Shown here piece by piece: positions 25,990 to 35,234 of a stretch of DNA of 64,000 nucleotides (positions within the stretch are counted from its first letter, which is position 1; every line of letters starts with the position of its first letter). Made by a program: the position numbers and the translations under genes. Location: the IMG/VR virus record IMGVR_UViG_3300009431_000002, positions 32,001 to 96,000 of that record, one strand, 5' to 3'. Source of the stretch: a virus (Duplodnaviria; Caudoviricetes). Under the pieces are notes generated by a model that worked only from the letters and a program-made list of their open reading frames with translations, did no database searches and was not told the DNA's origin.

Positions 25990-26171
25990 GGCGGTCGGGC
26001 GTTCTCCTCTGCAGGTTGGCGGAGAGGTTCGGCAACCGCGCCCGGCCGCCCTCGAAATTCCGCCCCCACTGCATGGTACAAGGTAGATAGACCGACCGGA
26101 GGAAACCTCCGTTGGGTGAGATTAGGTCTGGGTGCGGGTCCGGTCGGTTACCCGCACCCCGACCTTTACCT
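25990..26171 (+). ncRNA. candidate structured non-coding RNA
   Basis: several long stems and a loop complementary to an upstream segment; no credible ORF. Confidence 0.45.
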
Positions 26172-26192
26172 CGCAAAGGCCCGCGTCGGCCC

Positions 26193-26202
26193 GTCATAAG
26201 CG
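26193..26202 (+). promoter_or_regulatory. phage promoter-like motif GTCATAAGCG (variant)
   Basis: about 35 nt upstream of the 26236 ATG with GAGGAG. Confidence 0.45.
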
Positions 26203-26235
26203 ATGTAGATACCCATCAACCAGCTGAGGAGAGCT

Positions 26236-27165
26236 ATGCGCCACATCACCATCGACCGGAACTTCTGCCGGCTGTTCGCGTTCGTCGGAGACGACAGCCG
26301 ACCGCACCTGATGCCCATCTACATCGACGACGACGGCACCGCCTGGGCCACCAACGGCCACCTGATGCGCAAGGTCCCACTCCCGCCGCAGGGGAGCAAG
26401 GTGCCCCCCACCGCCCTCCTCTTCGACAAGCGGGTCAAACTCCTCGACGTGGATGAGACCGTGGTGCTCGACGTGGACGAGACCCCCACCAAGCACGCCG
26501 AGTACGGCACGTTCGCGGCGCCCGGCCGCCCCGGCATCAAGGGGAAGCTGGCCAACCTCGATGCCCGGCCGGACTACTCCTACGCCGTCCCGACGGTGGA
26601 CGAGGAGTTCGTCCTCCGCCGGCGCTACTTCATCGAGGTCCTGCGGTCGTTCGGCGACCACTTCGCCGTGCGCGCTGGTCTCCACCTCAGCTGGTCCGAC
26701 CGGCACCAGCGGCGCATCATCGACCCGTTCAGCGGCGTGCTCTTCAGCACACCCGACGCCCGCGACTTCGCCGTCGTGATGCCGGCGCGGCTGGACGACG
26801 TGGCGCACCTCCACGGCCGACGTCGGCGCGTGGTCGTCGAGTCCCCCTACGCTGGTTCGATGCCCGAGGAGATCCAGGCCAACGAGACCTACGCTCGGGC
26901 CTGCATGGTCGACTGCCTGTCGCGCAACGAGGACCCCATCGCCTCCCACCTCCTCTACCCCCAGGTCCTCGACGACACAGTGTCGTCGGAGCGAGAGACC
27001 GGCATGAACGCCGGCTTCAACTGGCGTGCTGTCGCAGACATGACCGTGGTATACGATGACCGAGGCATCACGCCGGGGATGCAGAAGGGCATCGAACACT
27101 CCGAGGCCATCGGCGTTCCGGTCGTGCGCCGCACCCTCAAGATGGAGACGGACGATGCTCGCTGA
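26236..27165 (+). CDS. sliding-clamp-like N-domain fused to a nucleoside deoxyribosyltransferase-like (DUF4406/DUF7768-type) domain
   Basis: AWATNGHLM, VVMPARL; VVVESPYAG, PIASHLLYPQVLDD, ERETGM, VVY.D.GITPGMQ.GI. Confidence 0.65.
   Translation: MRHITIDRNFCRLFAFVGDDSRPHLMPIYIDDDGTAWATNGHLMRKVPLPPQGSKVPPTALLFDKRVKLLDVDETVVLDVDETPTKHAEYGTFAAPGRPGIKGKLANLDARPDYSYAVPTVDEEFVLRRRYFIEVLRSFGDHFAVRAGLHLSWSDRHQRRIIDPFSGVLFSTPDARDFAVVMPARLDDVAHLHGRRRRVVVESPYAGSMPEEIQANETYARACMVDCLSRNEDPIASHLLYPQVLDDTVSSERETGMNAGFNWRAVADMTVVYDDRGITPGMQKGIEHSEAIGVPVVRRTLKMETDDAR
26970..26988. repeat. palindrome CGACGACACAGTGTCGTCG (copy 3, intragenic)
   Basis: perfect 9-bp arms inside a CDS. Confidence 0.8.
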
Positions 27166-27910
27166 CCCCCTGAAGGCCACCTACGACGACCTCCTCCGCC
27201 AGCTGAACCGCGGCATCATCCCCGATGGGTTCCAGGCCAAGGCGCGCTGTCCCCTCTGCCACGGCTCGAACACCATCCGCAAGCAGATCGGCTACGACGA
27301 CGAGAAGAAGAAGCCCGTCACGGCGCGCGTCGGCTGCCCGTGCATCGAGCGCCAGATCATCGCCGAGTACCACCGCGAGCAGCGGAAGCTCGCCAAGGCC
27401 GTCTCCTCGCCGGCGACGCCCGAGAAGAAGGGCCCGCGGCAGCCCACCAGGAAGGTGCTGGAGCGCCGCGCCCGGCTGCAGAACACCGTCGACTCCCGCA
27501 AGAAGAAGCTGGAGGGCGCCGAGCAGCTCGTCGCCGACCTCGAGGAGCAGGTCGAGCTGGGCACGGTCGAGATGCGCGAGGAGATGAACGAGCTTCAGGA
27601 GGAGCTGGGCCGGCTCAACGACGCGACCGGGCACGCCTACAAGGTCCACGACGAACTGGAGGAGACGGCCAAGGCCATCCAGGAGCAGCTGGCCCGCGTC
27701 CACGAGGCGCTGCGCGGCCTGGCGTCGGACAGGGAGGAGGTCAACGGCAAGGTGGAGGCGGTCGTCGCCCAGATCGACGGGGTCAAGGAGCGGCGCGCCG
27801 TGGACCTCGGCAGGGCCCGCGCCAGGATGGAGAACGCCCGCCGCAACTACGACACGTCGTTCGGCAAGCTCCAGAGCCTCGACAGGATGATCGATGCCGG
27901 CAACGCGTGA
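27155..27910 (+). CDS. zinc-binding coiled-coil protein
   Basis: CPLCHG...GCPC followed by a long heptad region. Confidence 0.7.
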   Translation: MLADPLKATYDDLLRQLNRGIIPDGFQAKARCPLCHGSNTIRKQIGYDDEKKKPVTARVGCPCIERQIIAEYHREQRKLAKAVSSPATPEKKGPRQPTRKVLERRARLQNTVDSRKKKLEGAEQLVADLEEQVELGTVEMREEMNELQEELGRLNDATGHAYKVHDELEETAKAIQEQLARVHEALRGLASDREEVNGKVEAVVAQIDGVKERRAVDLGRARARMENARRNYDTSFGKLQSLDRMIDAGNA

Positions 27911-29708
27911 GGAGATCACGCACTTCCACTTCTACTCCGGCATCGGCGGGTGCGCCATCGGCATGCAGGGCGGGCACGCCCGGGTCGGCCGCATGTACGC
28001 GTACCCCCACCTCCTGGGCGGCGTCGAGTCCGACCTGAAGCGCTGCTACGAGTTCGAGAAGCTGTCCGGCGTCCCCGCGGCCTGCTACGACCTCTTCACC
28101 GCCGATCAGTACGAGCTGTTCCACGGCCACGCGCCGCCGCGCAGCTGGCGGGAGGTCTCGGTCGACGACATCCGCAAGGCCGCCCGCGGCCGCCACCCCG
28201 ACGTAGTGTTCACCTCGCCGCCCTGCAAAGGCTTCAGCGGGCTGCTGAACTCCAAGGCCGCGGCCTCGCCGAAGTACCAGGCCCTCAACGAGCTGGTCTG
28301 CCGCGCCATCTTCCTGGCCATGGAGGCCTGGGGCGACGACCCACCCGCCTTCTTCCTGCTGGAGAACGTGCCGCGCATCGAGACCCGGGGCGGTCCCCTG
28401 CTTGAACAGGTGGAGCAGCTGCTGTGGCACTACGGCTACGCCGTCACCCGGAGCCGGCACGACTGCGGCGAGCTCGGCGGGATCCCCCAGCACCGCAACC
28501 GCTTCATGCTGGTCGCGCGGAACATGGAGAAGATCCCGCCCTTCCTGTACGAGCCGCCGAAGCGCAGGGTCAAGGCGGTCGGCGAGCTCCTCAGCACGCT
28601 GCCCATGCCCGAGGACCCGGCCGCTGGCCCCATGCACACGCTGTCCCGACTGGAGTGGCGCACGTGGGTCCGGCTGGCGCTCATCCAGGCCGGCAAGGAC
28701 TGGCGCTGCCTCGAAGGGTTGGACTGGGAGAACTACGGCATCGTGCCGGGCGAGGTGGCCTGGCACCGCGGCATCCTGGGTGTCCAGCGCTGGGACCAGC
28801 CGTCGGGGACCGTGACCAGTCGCGGCTCCGTGACCTGCGGTCGGTTCGCCGTCGCAGACCCCCGCTCCCACACGTCCCACCGCGGCCGTGGCAAGTACCG
28901 CATCACCCGGATGGACGAGCCTGCGGGCACGGTCATCGCGGCCAACGGCACCGGCAACGGCGCGTTCGCCCTCGCCGACCCTACGCCGCACCGGGACATC
29001 GGACGGTACCAGCCCTACGGTGTGCTCCGCGAAGACCAGCCCGGCCACACCGTCACTGGGCAGGCCGACGTCGGCGCAGGCCCCTACTCCATCGCGGACC
29101 CGCGGCTCCGCGGCGACAACTTCAACAACATCTACGCCGTGGTCCACTTCGGGGACCCCGCACACGCCGTCACAGCCGGAATGTCGCCGAGCTCCGGCGG
29201 CCAGGCCGTCGGCGACCCGCGCGTCGGCCGGTCCATCGCCCGCCGCAAGGACTTCCGCAACTCCCGGCTCTACGGCGTCTGTCGGTACACAGATCCGTCG
29301 CTGGCCGTCATCGCCCACATGAAGCACGACAACACCCAGGGATCCGTCGCCGACCCCCGCATCCCTGCTGAGCGCGACCGGCCGGACCCCGTGCCGATCA
29401 TCATCAGCCTGGACGGGACGTGGCACCGTCCCTTCACGACCTGGGAGCTCGCGGCCCTGCAGGGCTTCCCGGTGCTCGACGCGGACAACGAGCCCCTCGT
29501 CTTCGAGGGACGCTCGCACTCCATGTGGCGCGAGTGGATCGGCAACGCCGTCCCACCGCCCGCCGCGGAGGCCATCATGTCCGTCATCGCCGAGACCATC
29601 CTCATGTCGAGGCTCGGCGTGCAGGGCCACTTCAACCTGTTCGACCCGGTCTGGGTCCGCGAGATCAAGACCGCACTGAGCGTGGAGACCGCCCATGGAC
29701 CCCAATGA
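27894..29708 (+). CDS. C5 DNA cytosine methyltransferase with a repeated variable region
   Basis: FYSGIGG, TSPPCKGFS, LLENV, PQHRNRF, ELAALQGFP, IGNAVPP. Confidence 0.92.
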   Translation: MPATREEITHFHFYSGIGGCAIGMQGGHARVGRMYAYPHLLGGVESDLKRCYEFEKLSGVPAACYDLFTADQYELFHGHAPPRSWREVSVDDIRKAARGRHPDVVFTSPPCKGFSGLLNSKAAASPKYQALNELVCRAIFLAMEAWGDDPPAFFLLENVPRIETRGGPLLEQVEQLLWHYGYAVTRSRHDCGELGGIPQHRNRFMLVARNMEKIPPFLYEPPKRRVKAVGELLSTLPMPEDPAAGPMHTLSRLEWRTWVRLALIQAGKDWRCLEGLDWENYGIVPGEVAWHRGILGVQRWDQPSGTVTSRGSVTCGRFAVADPRSHTSHRGRGKYRITRMDEPAGTVIAANGTGNGAFALADPTPHRDIGRYQPYGVLREDQPGHTVTGQADVGAGPYSIADPRLRGDNFNNIYAVVHFGDPAHAVTAGMSPSSGGQAVGDPRVGRSIARRKDFRNSRLYGVCRYTDPSLAVIAHMKHDNTQGSVADPRIPAERDRPDPVPIIISLDGTWHRPFTTWELAALQGFPVLDADNEPLVFEGRSHSMWREWIGNAVPPPAAEAIMSVIAETILMSRLGVQGHFNLFDPVWVREIKTALSVETAHGPQ

Positions 29709-29916
29709 GACGATGCGTCTGCTCCGGCAGGCCGTCAAGAACCTCGACTTCGACAAGGCCGTCGAGTACGCCGAGTACCTCGTCGAGTGGCTGGAGAAGG
29801 GAGGCTTCGCCCCCGAGCCACCGACGCTGACCATCCCGGCCTCCTGGACCCGCACCTGGCTCCGGACGGCCGCGGACGTCATCAACCATCAGATCGAGAA
29901 GGGCACAGCCGAATGA
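29695..29916 (+). CDS. small hypothetical phage protein
   Basis: MDPN start, RBS. Confidence 0.65.
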   Translation: MDPNETMRLLRQAVKNLDFDKAVEYAEYLVEWLEKGGFAPEPPTLTIPASWTRTWLRTAADVINHQIEKGTAE

Positions 29917-30203
29917 TCGGATCGTTCAAGCAGCTCTGGAACCTCATCCCCATGGCCTACGGCATGTGGGAGATCGTCGAGATCCCCGACCCGCCGAGCA
30001 CGCAGCACGAGCTGTTCACCGCCGGGCAGAAGCCCGCGCCGGTGGGCAGCTGGTTCATCATCAAGGACGCCGGCGGCCGCGAGGTGGCCCGCACACGCAT
30101 CAAGCTCATGGCCAAGGTCATCAGCTCGCTGCCGTTGGTCTACGAGCCCGACCTGCGCAGCGACAGGGACATCTACATCGTCGGCATCCGCAAGGCGTCG
30201 TAG
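29913..30203 (+). CDS. hypothetical protein
   Basis: ATGA coupling. Confidence 0.65.
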   Translation: MIGSFKQLWNLIPMAYGMWEIVEIPDPPSTQHELFTAGQKPAPVGSWFIIKDAGGREVARTRIKLMAKVISSLPLVYEPDLRSDRDIYIVGIRKAS

Positions 30204-30226
30204 CGCGGCAGACCCGTGGCTCTTCT

Positions 30227-30237
30227 GGGTACAAGGG
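30227..30237 (+). promoter_or_regulatory. phage promoter-like motif GGGTACAAGGG
   Basis: recurrent motif, then GGAGGAG and ATG at 30261. Confidence 0.6.
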
Positions 30238-30260
30238 TGGTACACCCAACTGGAGGAGTC

Positions 30261-30599
30261 ATGGTGAAGCTGAGACGAATGTTGTTGCCCCTGGAAGACC
30301 ACCACCTCGCGGCTCTCCGCGAGTCGCTCGCCCGTCGGGACGCCGAGACCACGGCGTCCCACATCGCCCGCATCCTCGCCGACCGCGGCCGCATGCCCGT
30401 CACCACGACCCGCGTGGAGGGCGCCGTGGTCGAGCTGTTCGAGGAGGAAGGTGACCGTGCCTTCGACGAGATGTGCTTCGTCCTGACCGGCGAGCACCTC
30501 GAGGACGGTGACCGGAGCTGGATGGACCCCGACGAGTACGCCGTCGAGGTCCTCACGGAGCACGCGCTGGATGCCGTGAGCGCGCTGCCCGCCTGCTGA
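30261..30599 (+). CDS. hypothetical protein
   Basis: GGAGGAG RBS. Confidence 0.7.
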   Translation: MVKLRRMLLPLEDHHLAALRESLARRDAETTASHIARILADRGRMPVTTTRVEGAVVELFEEEGDRAFDEMCFVLTGEHLEDGDRSWMDPDEYAVEVLTEHALDAVSALPAC

Positions 30600-30646
30600 T
30601 TCGGCCCGCCGCCGTGGGGCGTCCATGACCACGCGCGGCGAGGCCG

Positions 30647-30672
30647 CGGGCCGCCCTTCACCGGGCGGCCCG
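30647..30672 (+). terminator. perfect 10-bp hairpin CGGGCCGCCC/GGGCGGCCCG followed by ATTAGC
   Basis: intergenic, after a stop codon. Confidence 0.6.
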
Positions 30673-30691
30673 TCATTAGCTGGCGAATCTC

Positions 30692-30703
30692 GGCACAAGG
30701 GGG
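30692..30703 (+). promoter_or_regulatory. phage promoter-like motif GGCACAAGGGGG
   Basis: recurrent motif. Confidence 0.6.
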
Positions 30704-30734
30704 TCAACTACATCGAAGGAGGGCTACCGATTCA

Positions 30735-31016
30735 ATGATCCACAAGCTGATCTGGTTCGTGTGCATCTACGCTGCCGTGGCGCCGTTCGGGCTCATCCTG
30801 GACGTCGCCATCCGGAAGCTGTGGCCACGGATCCGACGAGAGTACATCCGCGCCCGCGTCCGACATCGGAACGAGACCTACGGTCGTCGCCCATGGCCGT
30901 CGAGGCGACGGGTCAAGGGCATGAGCTACCCGAAGAAGGGGCCTGGATTCAAGAAGGGCCGCAGGAAGCCGAAACGGAAGGGCGCCAAGAAGCCCGGGAA
31001 GAGGAAGAACCGATGA
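30735..31016 (+). CDS. membrane protein with a basic tail
   Basis: one hydrophobic helix, then K/R-rich. Confidence 0.6.
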   Translation: MIHKLIWFVCIYAAVAPFGLILDVAIRKLWPRIRREYIRARVRHRNETYGRRPWPSRRRVKGMSYPKKGPGFKKGRRKPKRKGAKKPGKRKNR

Positions 31017-31210
31017 CCCCCAAGACCCGCAAGGCCCACGCCGAGCTGCCGCACGGCGCCCTGATCGTCACGCCCATCGAGGCTGGCGTGAACCCCTGCC
31101 TGTCCTGCGAGTACCTGTACATGCGGGACACGGAGACGGACGAGCACTGCTACATGTTCCAGGAGGAGCCGAGCTGCCAGTGTGCGCAGCTCCGGGAGGT
31201 GCTGCCATGA
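31013..31210 (+). CDS. Cys-rich small protein
   Basis: CLSC..HC..CQC; ATGA coupling. Confidence 0.6.
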   Translation: MTPKTRKAHAELPHGALIVTPIEAGVNPCLSCEYLYMRDTETDEHCYMFQEEPSCQCAQLREVLP

Positions 31211-31809
31211 GCCACGAACGCCGACGCCCCTGGAGGCCGAAGGATCTCCTGCGGCTCGACACGTTCTACAACCGCATCTGCCACAACCACGTGAGCCTCC
31301 CGGAGCGAGGCGGCGACGGCCAGGTGATGGTGAAGGAGCACCACGAGTCCGAGGCCTACAGGGCCGCCATCAACGTGCTCAGTGACCTCCCCTGGGACAT
31401 GCGCATCGTGATGACCCTCAAGCACTTCTGCGACATCCACATGTCCAACACCGAGATCGGCCTCGCCGCCGGGACGGACGCGAAGGCCGTCACGCGCCTG
31501 CAGGTGGCCGCACTGCGTCGCCTTCGGAAGCGCGAGGCGTACCGCGAGTTCCTCCACCTCCTGTCGCCCCGACGGGGCTGGCCGCTCCAGAAGCAGGAGA
31601 CGCCGGCGGAGATCCTCGACCATCGCCAGTACCAGATGTACCTGGACACCAACGTGGGATGTCCGTTCTGCGGACGACACGAGGACGCCACGGTCGAAGG
31701 CGGCCCCGTGGACATCCAAGGCCCCATCGCCGTCCAGGAGTGCTGGTGCCTCGACTGCGGCAAGCACTGGAACGCGTCGTTCCGGCTGGAGGGCATCGGC
31801 GGTGACTGA
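31207..31809 (+). CDS. sigma70 region-4-like HTH plus C-terminal zinc ribbon
   Basis: LSDLP.DMRIVM.L...MSNTEIG...GT...VTRLQVAALRRLRK; CPFCG...CLDCG. Confidence 0.6.
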   Translation: MSHERRRPWRPKDLLRLDTFYNRICHNHVSLPERGGDGQVMVKEHHESEAYRAAINVLSDLPWDMRIVMTLKHFCDIHMSNTEIGLAAGTDAKAVTRLQVAALRRLRKREAYREFLHLLSPRRGWPLQKQETPAEILDHRQYQMYLDTNVGCPFCGRHEDATVEGGPVDIQGPIAVQECWCLDCGKHWNASFRLEGIGGD

Positions 31810-32893
31810 CCTGCTGAACCTCGTCTACCACGAGCGCCTGGTCCGCCACGAGCCCGGCGTGGCGAACCTCCGGACCGACGCGGACCTCCGCGCCGCGATC
31901 CTCCTCACGCTGGTCGAGCAGATGCCGCAGCAGGAGCTGGACGAGGCCACGCACACGGCCTTCCTGGAGCGTCTGCAGGAGCTGGGCGCCGATGGCGACG
32001 GTGCGGTGGGGTTTATGAACAGGGTGATGTCCATCCCCGCCGCGGCCGCCATGTTCCTCGCGTTCAAGCACTGGGACGTCGGTTCGCCGGTCTACGTCGT
32101 CGGGCCGCGGCTCCAGTCGATGTTCACGCGGACGAAGCTCGACAGTGCCCGACAGGAGGACTTCCGCCTGCCGTACAGCACCGTCTACCTGGCGCTCCCG
32201 GAGTGCGAGCTCACCGTCTGGGGCGGCTCGGCACGCCACCGGCTCATCGGAGCCTTCGTCCACCGATCCAGCTTCCAGGTCCTCGCCGACGACGGCTCCT
32301 CATCCGAGGGGCTCTACATCATCCTCGCCGGCGAGGACCACAGCCCGCCAGGTGAGTTCGGCGACGACGCCCTGCGCACCATGCCCATCCGGCTCGACCT
32401 GCCCATCGAAGGGCAGATCGGCCGCAAGTCGTTCTACGACGCCTCCCACCCGGACGACGACGACCGGCAGCTGGACCGGGAGGCCATGAGCCTCGCTGTC
32501 CGCATCATCATCAACGCCCTGCTCTACATCACCACCGGACTACCGTCCGAGGAGACCGCGGAGAGCAAGAAGCGGCTGGCGAAGCGGCAGAAGCTGCTGC
32601 GGAGGACCGGGAAGAAGGCCAAGAAGGCCCACAGCATCGCGGGCAAGCTGAGCCCCGTGTCCGTGGTCTGGCTCGGCCGCTCTGTCGAGCAGACCGCGCA
32701 CCAAGGCGGCACCCACGAGTCGCCGCGCCAGCACTGGGTCACCGGCCACTGGCACACCTACCTGTACGGCCCCGGCCGCACGGAGCGCCGGCTCAAGTGG
32801 GTCCAGCCGTTCTTGCGCGGCGACCCGCAACGTGGTGAGGTCCAGACCCGGGTCCACCACATGGAGGAGACCGATGCCTCAGATGACTCGTGA
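31802..32893 (+). CDS. conserved phage protein with a C-terminal HW.xGHW motif
   Basis: SPRQHWVTGHWHTY..GPGR.ERRLKWVQPF.RG. Confidence 0.75.
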   Translation: MTDLLNLVYHERLVRHEPGVANLRTDADLRAAILLTLVEQMPQQELDEATHTAFLERLQELGADGDGAVGFMNRVMSIPAAAAMFLAFKHWDVGSPVYVVGPRLQSMFTRTKLDSARQEDFRLPYSTVYLALPECELTVWGGSARHRLIGAFVHRSSFQVLADDGSSSEGLYIILAGEDHSPPGEFGDDALRTMPIRLDLPIEGQIGRKSFYDASHPDDDDRQLDREAMSLAVRIIINALLYITTGLPSEETAESKKRLAKRQKLLRRTGKKAKKAHSIAGKLSPVSVVWLGRSVEQTAHQGGTHESPRQHWVTGHWHTYLYGPGRTERRLKWVQPFLRGDPQRGEVQTRVHHMEETDASDDS

Positions 32894-33158
32894 GCAACTG
32901 ATCCGCCACGCCATGAAGCCGTGGAAGCGACTGGCCCTGCTCCTGGGGATCCCCGTCATGGCCGCCAGCTTCACCTTCGCCGTCGCCCTCTGCCCGGACT
33001 TCGCCGCCTGGCAGTTCTGGGCGGCGCTCGCCTTCATTCCAACCCTGTACACCATTCTGCAACTGACATTCGGGCGCATGGACGCCCGCGCGCGAGCCGA
33101 GATCAAGGCTGACGCGCTGATCCAGAGGATCGAGAGGAGAGAACAAGCTGATGGATGA
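32874..33158 (+). CDS. two-helix membrane protein
   Basis: two hydrophobic segments. Confidence 0.65.
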   Translation: MPQMTREQLIRHAMKPWKRLALLLGIPVMAASFTFAVALCPDFAAWQFWAALAFIPTLYTILQLTFGRMDARARAEIKADALIQRIERREQADG

Positions 33159-33780
33159 CGTTCTGCCGCCCTGCTGCTTCGCCACCGACGGCGACCCGCC
33201 GGGCAAGAAGTGCTACGCCGCCTACAACTACGCCGGAGAGCACCGCGGCCTCAACTACCGCGGCGAGCCCTGCCCCGAGTGGGACGACCTGACCCAGGAC
33301 ATCCGTGACAAGTGGGACGCTGTGGCCGCGGCCAAGGAGTCCCCGCAGGTCATGGACCTGACGGCCAAGGACCTCGACCCCGACCTGATGGAGCGCCTGC
33401 ACGAGGAGATCTCGCGCTGGAAGGCGGACGGGACGTACATCCCCGTGCTGCCCGACCAGCCGCTCATCGCCACCCAGGGCCACCTCTTCGACGCCGAGGT
33501 CCTCAAGATGCCGCGGGCGGTCACCGACGACCCCCACTTCCTCCTGGGGATGCTGCGGGTCAACGCGCAGTGCTTCTACATGGAGTGCTTCCGCATCGCC
33601 GACGAGGACGACGGCCCGACCACCAAGGAGCGCCGCGCCCACCCCGACATGGATCCCGAGCACGTCGAGCAGCTCAACGAGCTCTGGCACGCCGCCGAGC
33701 CCGATGCCTGCTTCGAGGTGATGGAGATCCCGGCCCAGCCCGGCCAGTGGATCGTCATCATGTGGCCGCACTGCGAATGA
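33151..33780 (+). CDS. hypothetical protein
   Basis: coupled ORF. Confidence 0.7.
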   Translation: MDDVLPPCCFATDGDPPGKKCYAAYNYAGEHRGLNYRGEPCPEWDDLTQDIRDKWDAVAAAKESPQVMDLTAKDLDPDLMERLHEEISRWKADGTYIPVLPDQPLIATQGHLFDAEVLKMPRAVTDDPHFLLGMLRVNAQCFYMECFRIADEDDGPTTKERRAHPDMDPEHVEQLNELWHAAEPDACFEVMEIPAQPGQWIVIMWPHCE

Positions 33781-34256
33781 CTGGCATCCGACGCATCCAC
33801 AGCCGCAGCGGGTTGGTCCGCGACATCCTCACCCTCGCCGAGCACCTCAAGGTCACGGTCGACGAGCCGGACCGGGTCATGGAGGCCCTGCACCGCGAGA
33901 ATCCCAACACCTGGGGCTGCTCCAAGTGCGGCCGCTGCTGCCGTCGCTGGACCGCTCCAGCGCCCCGTGCCGCGGCGCCACTACAAGGGGTCGTCGTGCA
34001 TCCCCTGACCACGGCCAATGTGGCCCTCCACAACATGGAGCAGCGGCACCGCGCCGAGAAGGACGCGCTGCTGCTGGGCCGGGGCTACCTCGCTGACGTC
34101 AGCGAGAGCATGGTCGTGGCCATCGACCCCGCTCTGATCCGCGTCACGGACCTGGGCACGCCCATGCTCATCGAAGACCTGGGGGACAAGCTGGAGGCGC
34201 GGAACATCCGCGCCGTCCCCCCACCGCCCGAGCTCAAGCTGCTGGAGGGATCATGA
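33777..34256 (+). CDS. hypothetical protein with Cys motif
   Basis: CSKCGRCC; ATGA coupling. Confidence 0.6.
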   Translation: MTGIRRIHSRSGLVRDILTLAEHLKVTVDEPDRVMEALHRENPNTWGCSKCGRCCRRWTAPAPRAAAPLQGVVVHPLTTANVALHNMEQRHRAEKDALLLGRGYLADVSESMVVAIDPALIRVTDLGTPMLIEDLGDKLEARNIRAVPPPPELKLLEGS

Positions 34257-34765
34257 AATCGCCACTACTCGCTGCGTTCCAAATGCTGGTCTGGGTTGGG
34301 CTGGTGGTCGGGGGCATCGAGCTCCTGAACACCAACCACTCCTGGCTTGGAATCGTCCTGTGCCTGCTGTCGCTCCTGGCCGGCCGGCAGGGCATCACGT
34401 ACCTGCAGGGCCTGCTGCAAGAGGCGCAGGTCCGCGGCGCTGAAGAGTACCGCCGCAAGGTCTTCGCCATCCGCCGCGCGCAGGTCACGGACCACACTGG
34501 CGCAGTCCGCTGGTACCGCGAGTCCCCTGGCGCCGACTTCGGCGTCCTGTACGCTGTGACAGCCCGGGGCTACCGAATCTCCGAGGTCTGCTGCGACACC
34601 GAGCACCCCCTGGGGTTCGCTCGGCACGTGCCGGACGCTGCTGCCCAGGTCCGCGATCTCGGCCACGAGTTCGAGGTCCGCCCAGTACTGGTCGTCGACG
34701 CCTTCGAGACCGACCCGCCAGCCGGCAACAACCCACGAGTCACTGGAAGGGCGGCCGCACCATGA
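34253..34765 (+). CDS. membrane-anchored hypothetical protein
   Basis: two N-terminal TM segments. Confidence 0.65.
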   Translation: MKSPLLAAFQMLVWVGLVVGGIELLNTNHSWLGIVLCLLSLLAGRQGITYLQGLLQEAQVRGAEEYRRKVFAIRRAQVTDHTGAVRWYRESPGADFGVLYAVTARGYRISEVCCDTEHPLGFARHVPDAAAQVRDLGHEFEVRPVLVVDAFETDPPAGNNPRVTGRAAAP

Positions 34766-34974
34766 TCCCGAAACTCGGTGCCATCCTCGCCAGCGTCCTG
34801 CGCCTCTGCATCACCTGCTTCTTCCGTGATCTCCGCTCCGCCGATGGCGCCATCCTGTGCTCGCGTGACGGCGGCCCCACATCCGACTGCAACGAGTGCC
34901 CGCTCTGGACCCAGGCCCGCGTGCCCGAGTTCGAGCTGCTGCATCGACAAGAGAGGGCGCTGCGATGGCGGTGA
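34762..34974 (+). CDS. Cys-rich small protein
   Basis: CITC..C..CNECP. Confidence 0.55.
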   Translation: MIPKLGAILASVLRLCITCFFRDLRSADGAILCSRDGGPTSDCNECPLWTQARVPEFELLHRQERALRWR

Positions 34975-35234
34975 GACTCAGCGAGAACATGCGGGGCCTG
35001 TTGGCCCACATCCGCGAGCACGCCACCGCTGCCCGCCCGTGGGTCAAGATCGGGTGGGGCTCCCACTGGGACGGCCGGACCATCGGCGCCCTGGACCGCC
35101 GTGGCCTCGTGGACGTGCGCTACCGCACCGAGGCCCTGAACCCCAACGACGTGCCCAAGCTGACTACGCGCCAGTTCATGCACGAGAACCTCGTCACCGA
35201 GCCCTGGTGCCGGCTGACTGAGGAGGACGCGTGA
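34965..35234 (+). CDS. small winged-helix-like hypothetical protein
   Basis: RTIGALDRRGLV. Confidence 0.6.
   Translation: MAVRLSENMRGLLAHIREHATAARPWVKIGWGSHWDGRTIGALDRRGLVDVRYRTEALNPNDVPKLTTRQFMHENLVTEPWCRLTEEDA

Noticed and set aside
26097-26180. c-di-GMP-I riboswitch or hammerhead match (GAAA loop, CGCAAAG)
   Set aside because: Element order and spacing do not fit, and the GGCAAAC and CUGANGA cores are absent. It is kept only as an unknown structured element.
28740-29370. Intein or intron in the C5 methyltransferase
   Set aside because: There are no C/S...HN splice residues and no endonuclease motifs. The insert consists of TRD-like repeats.
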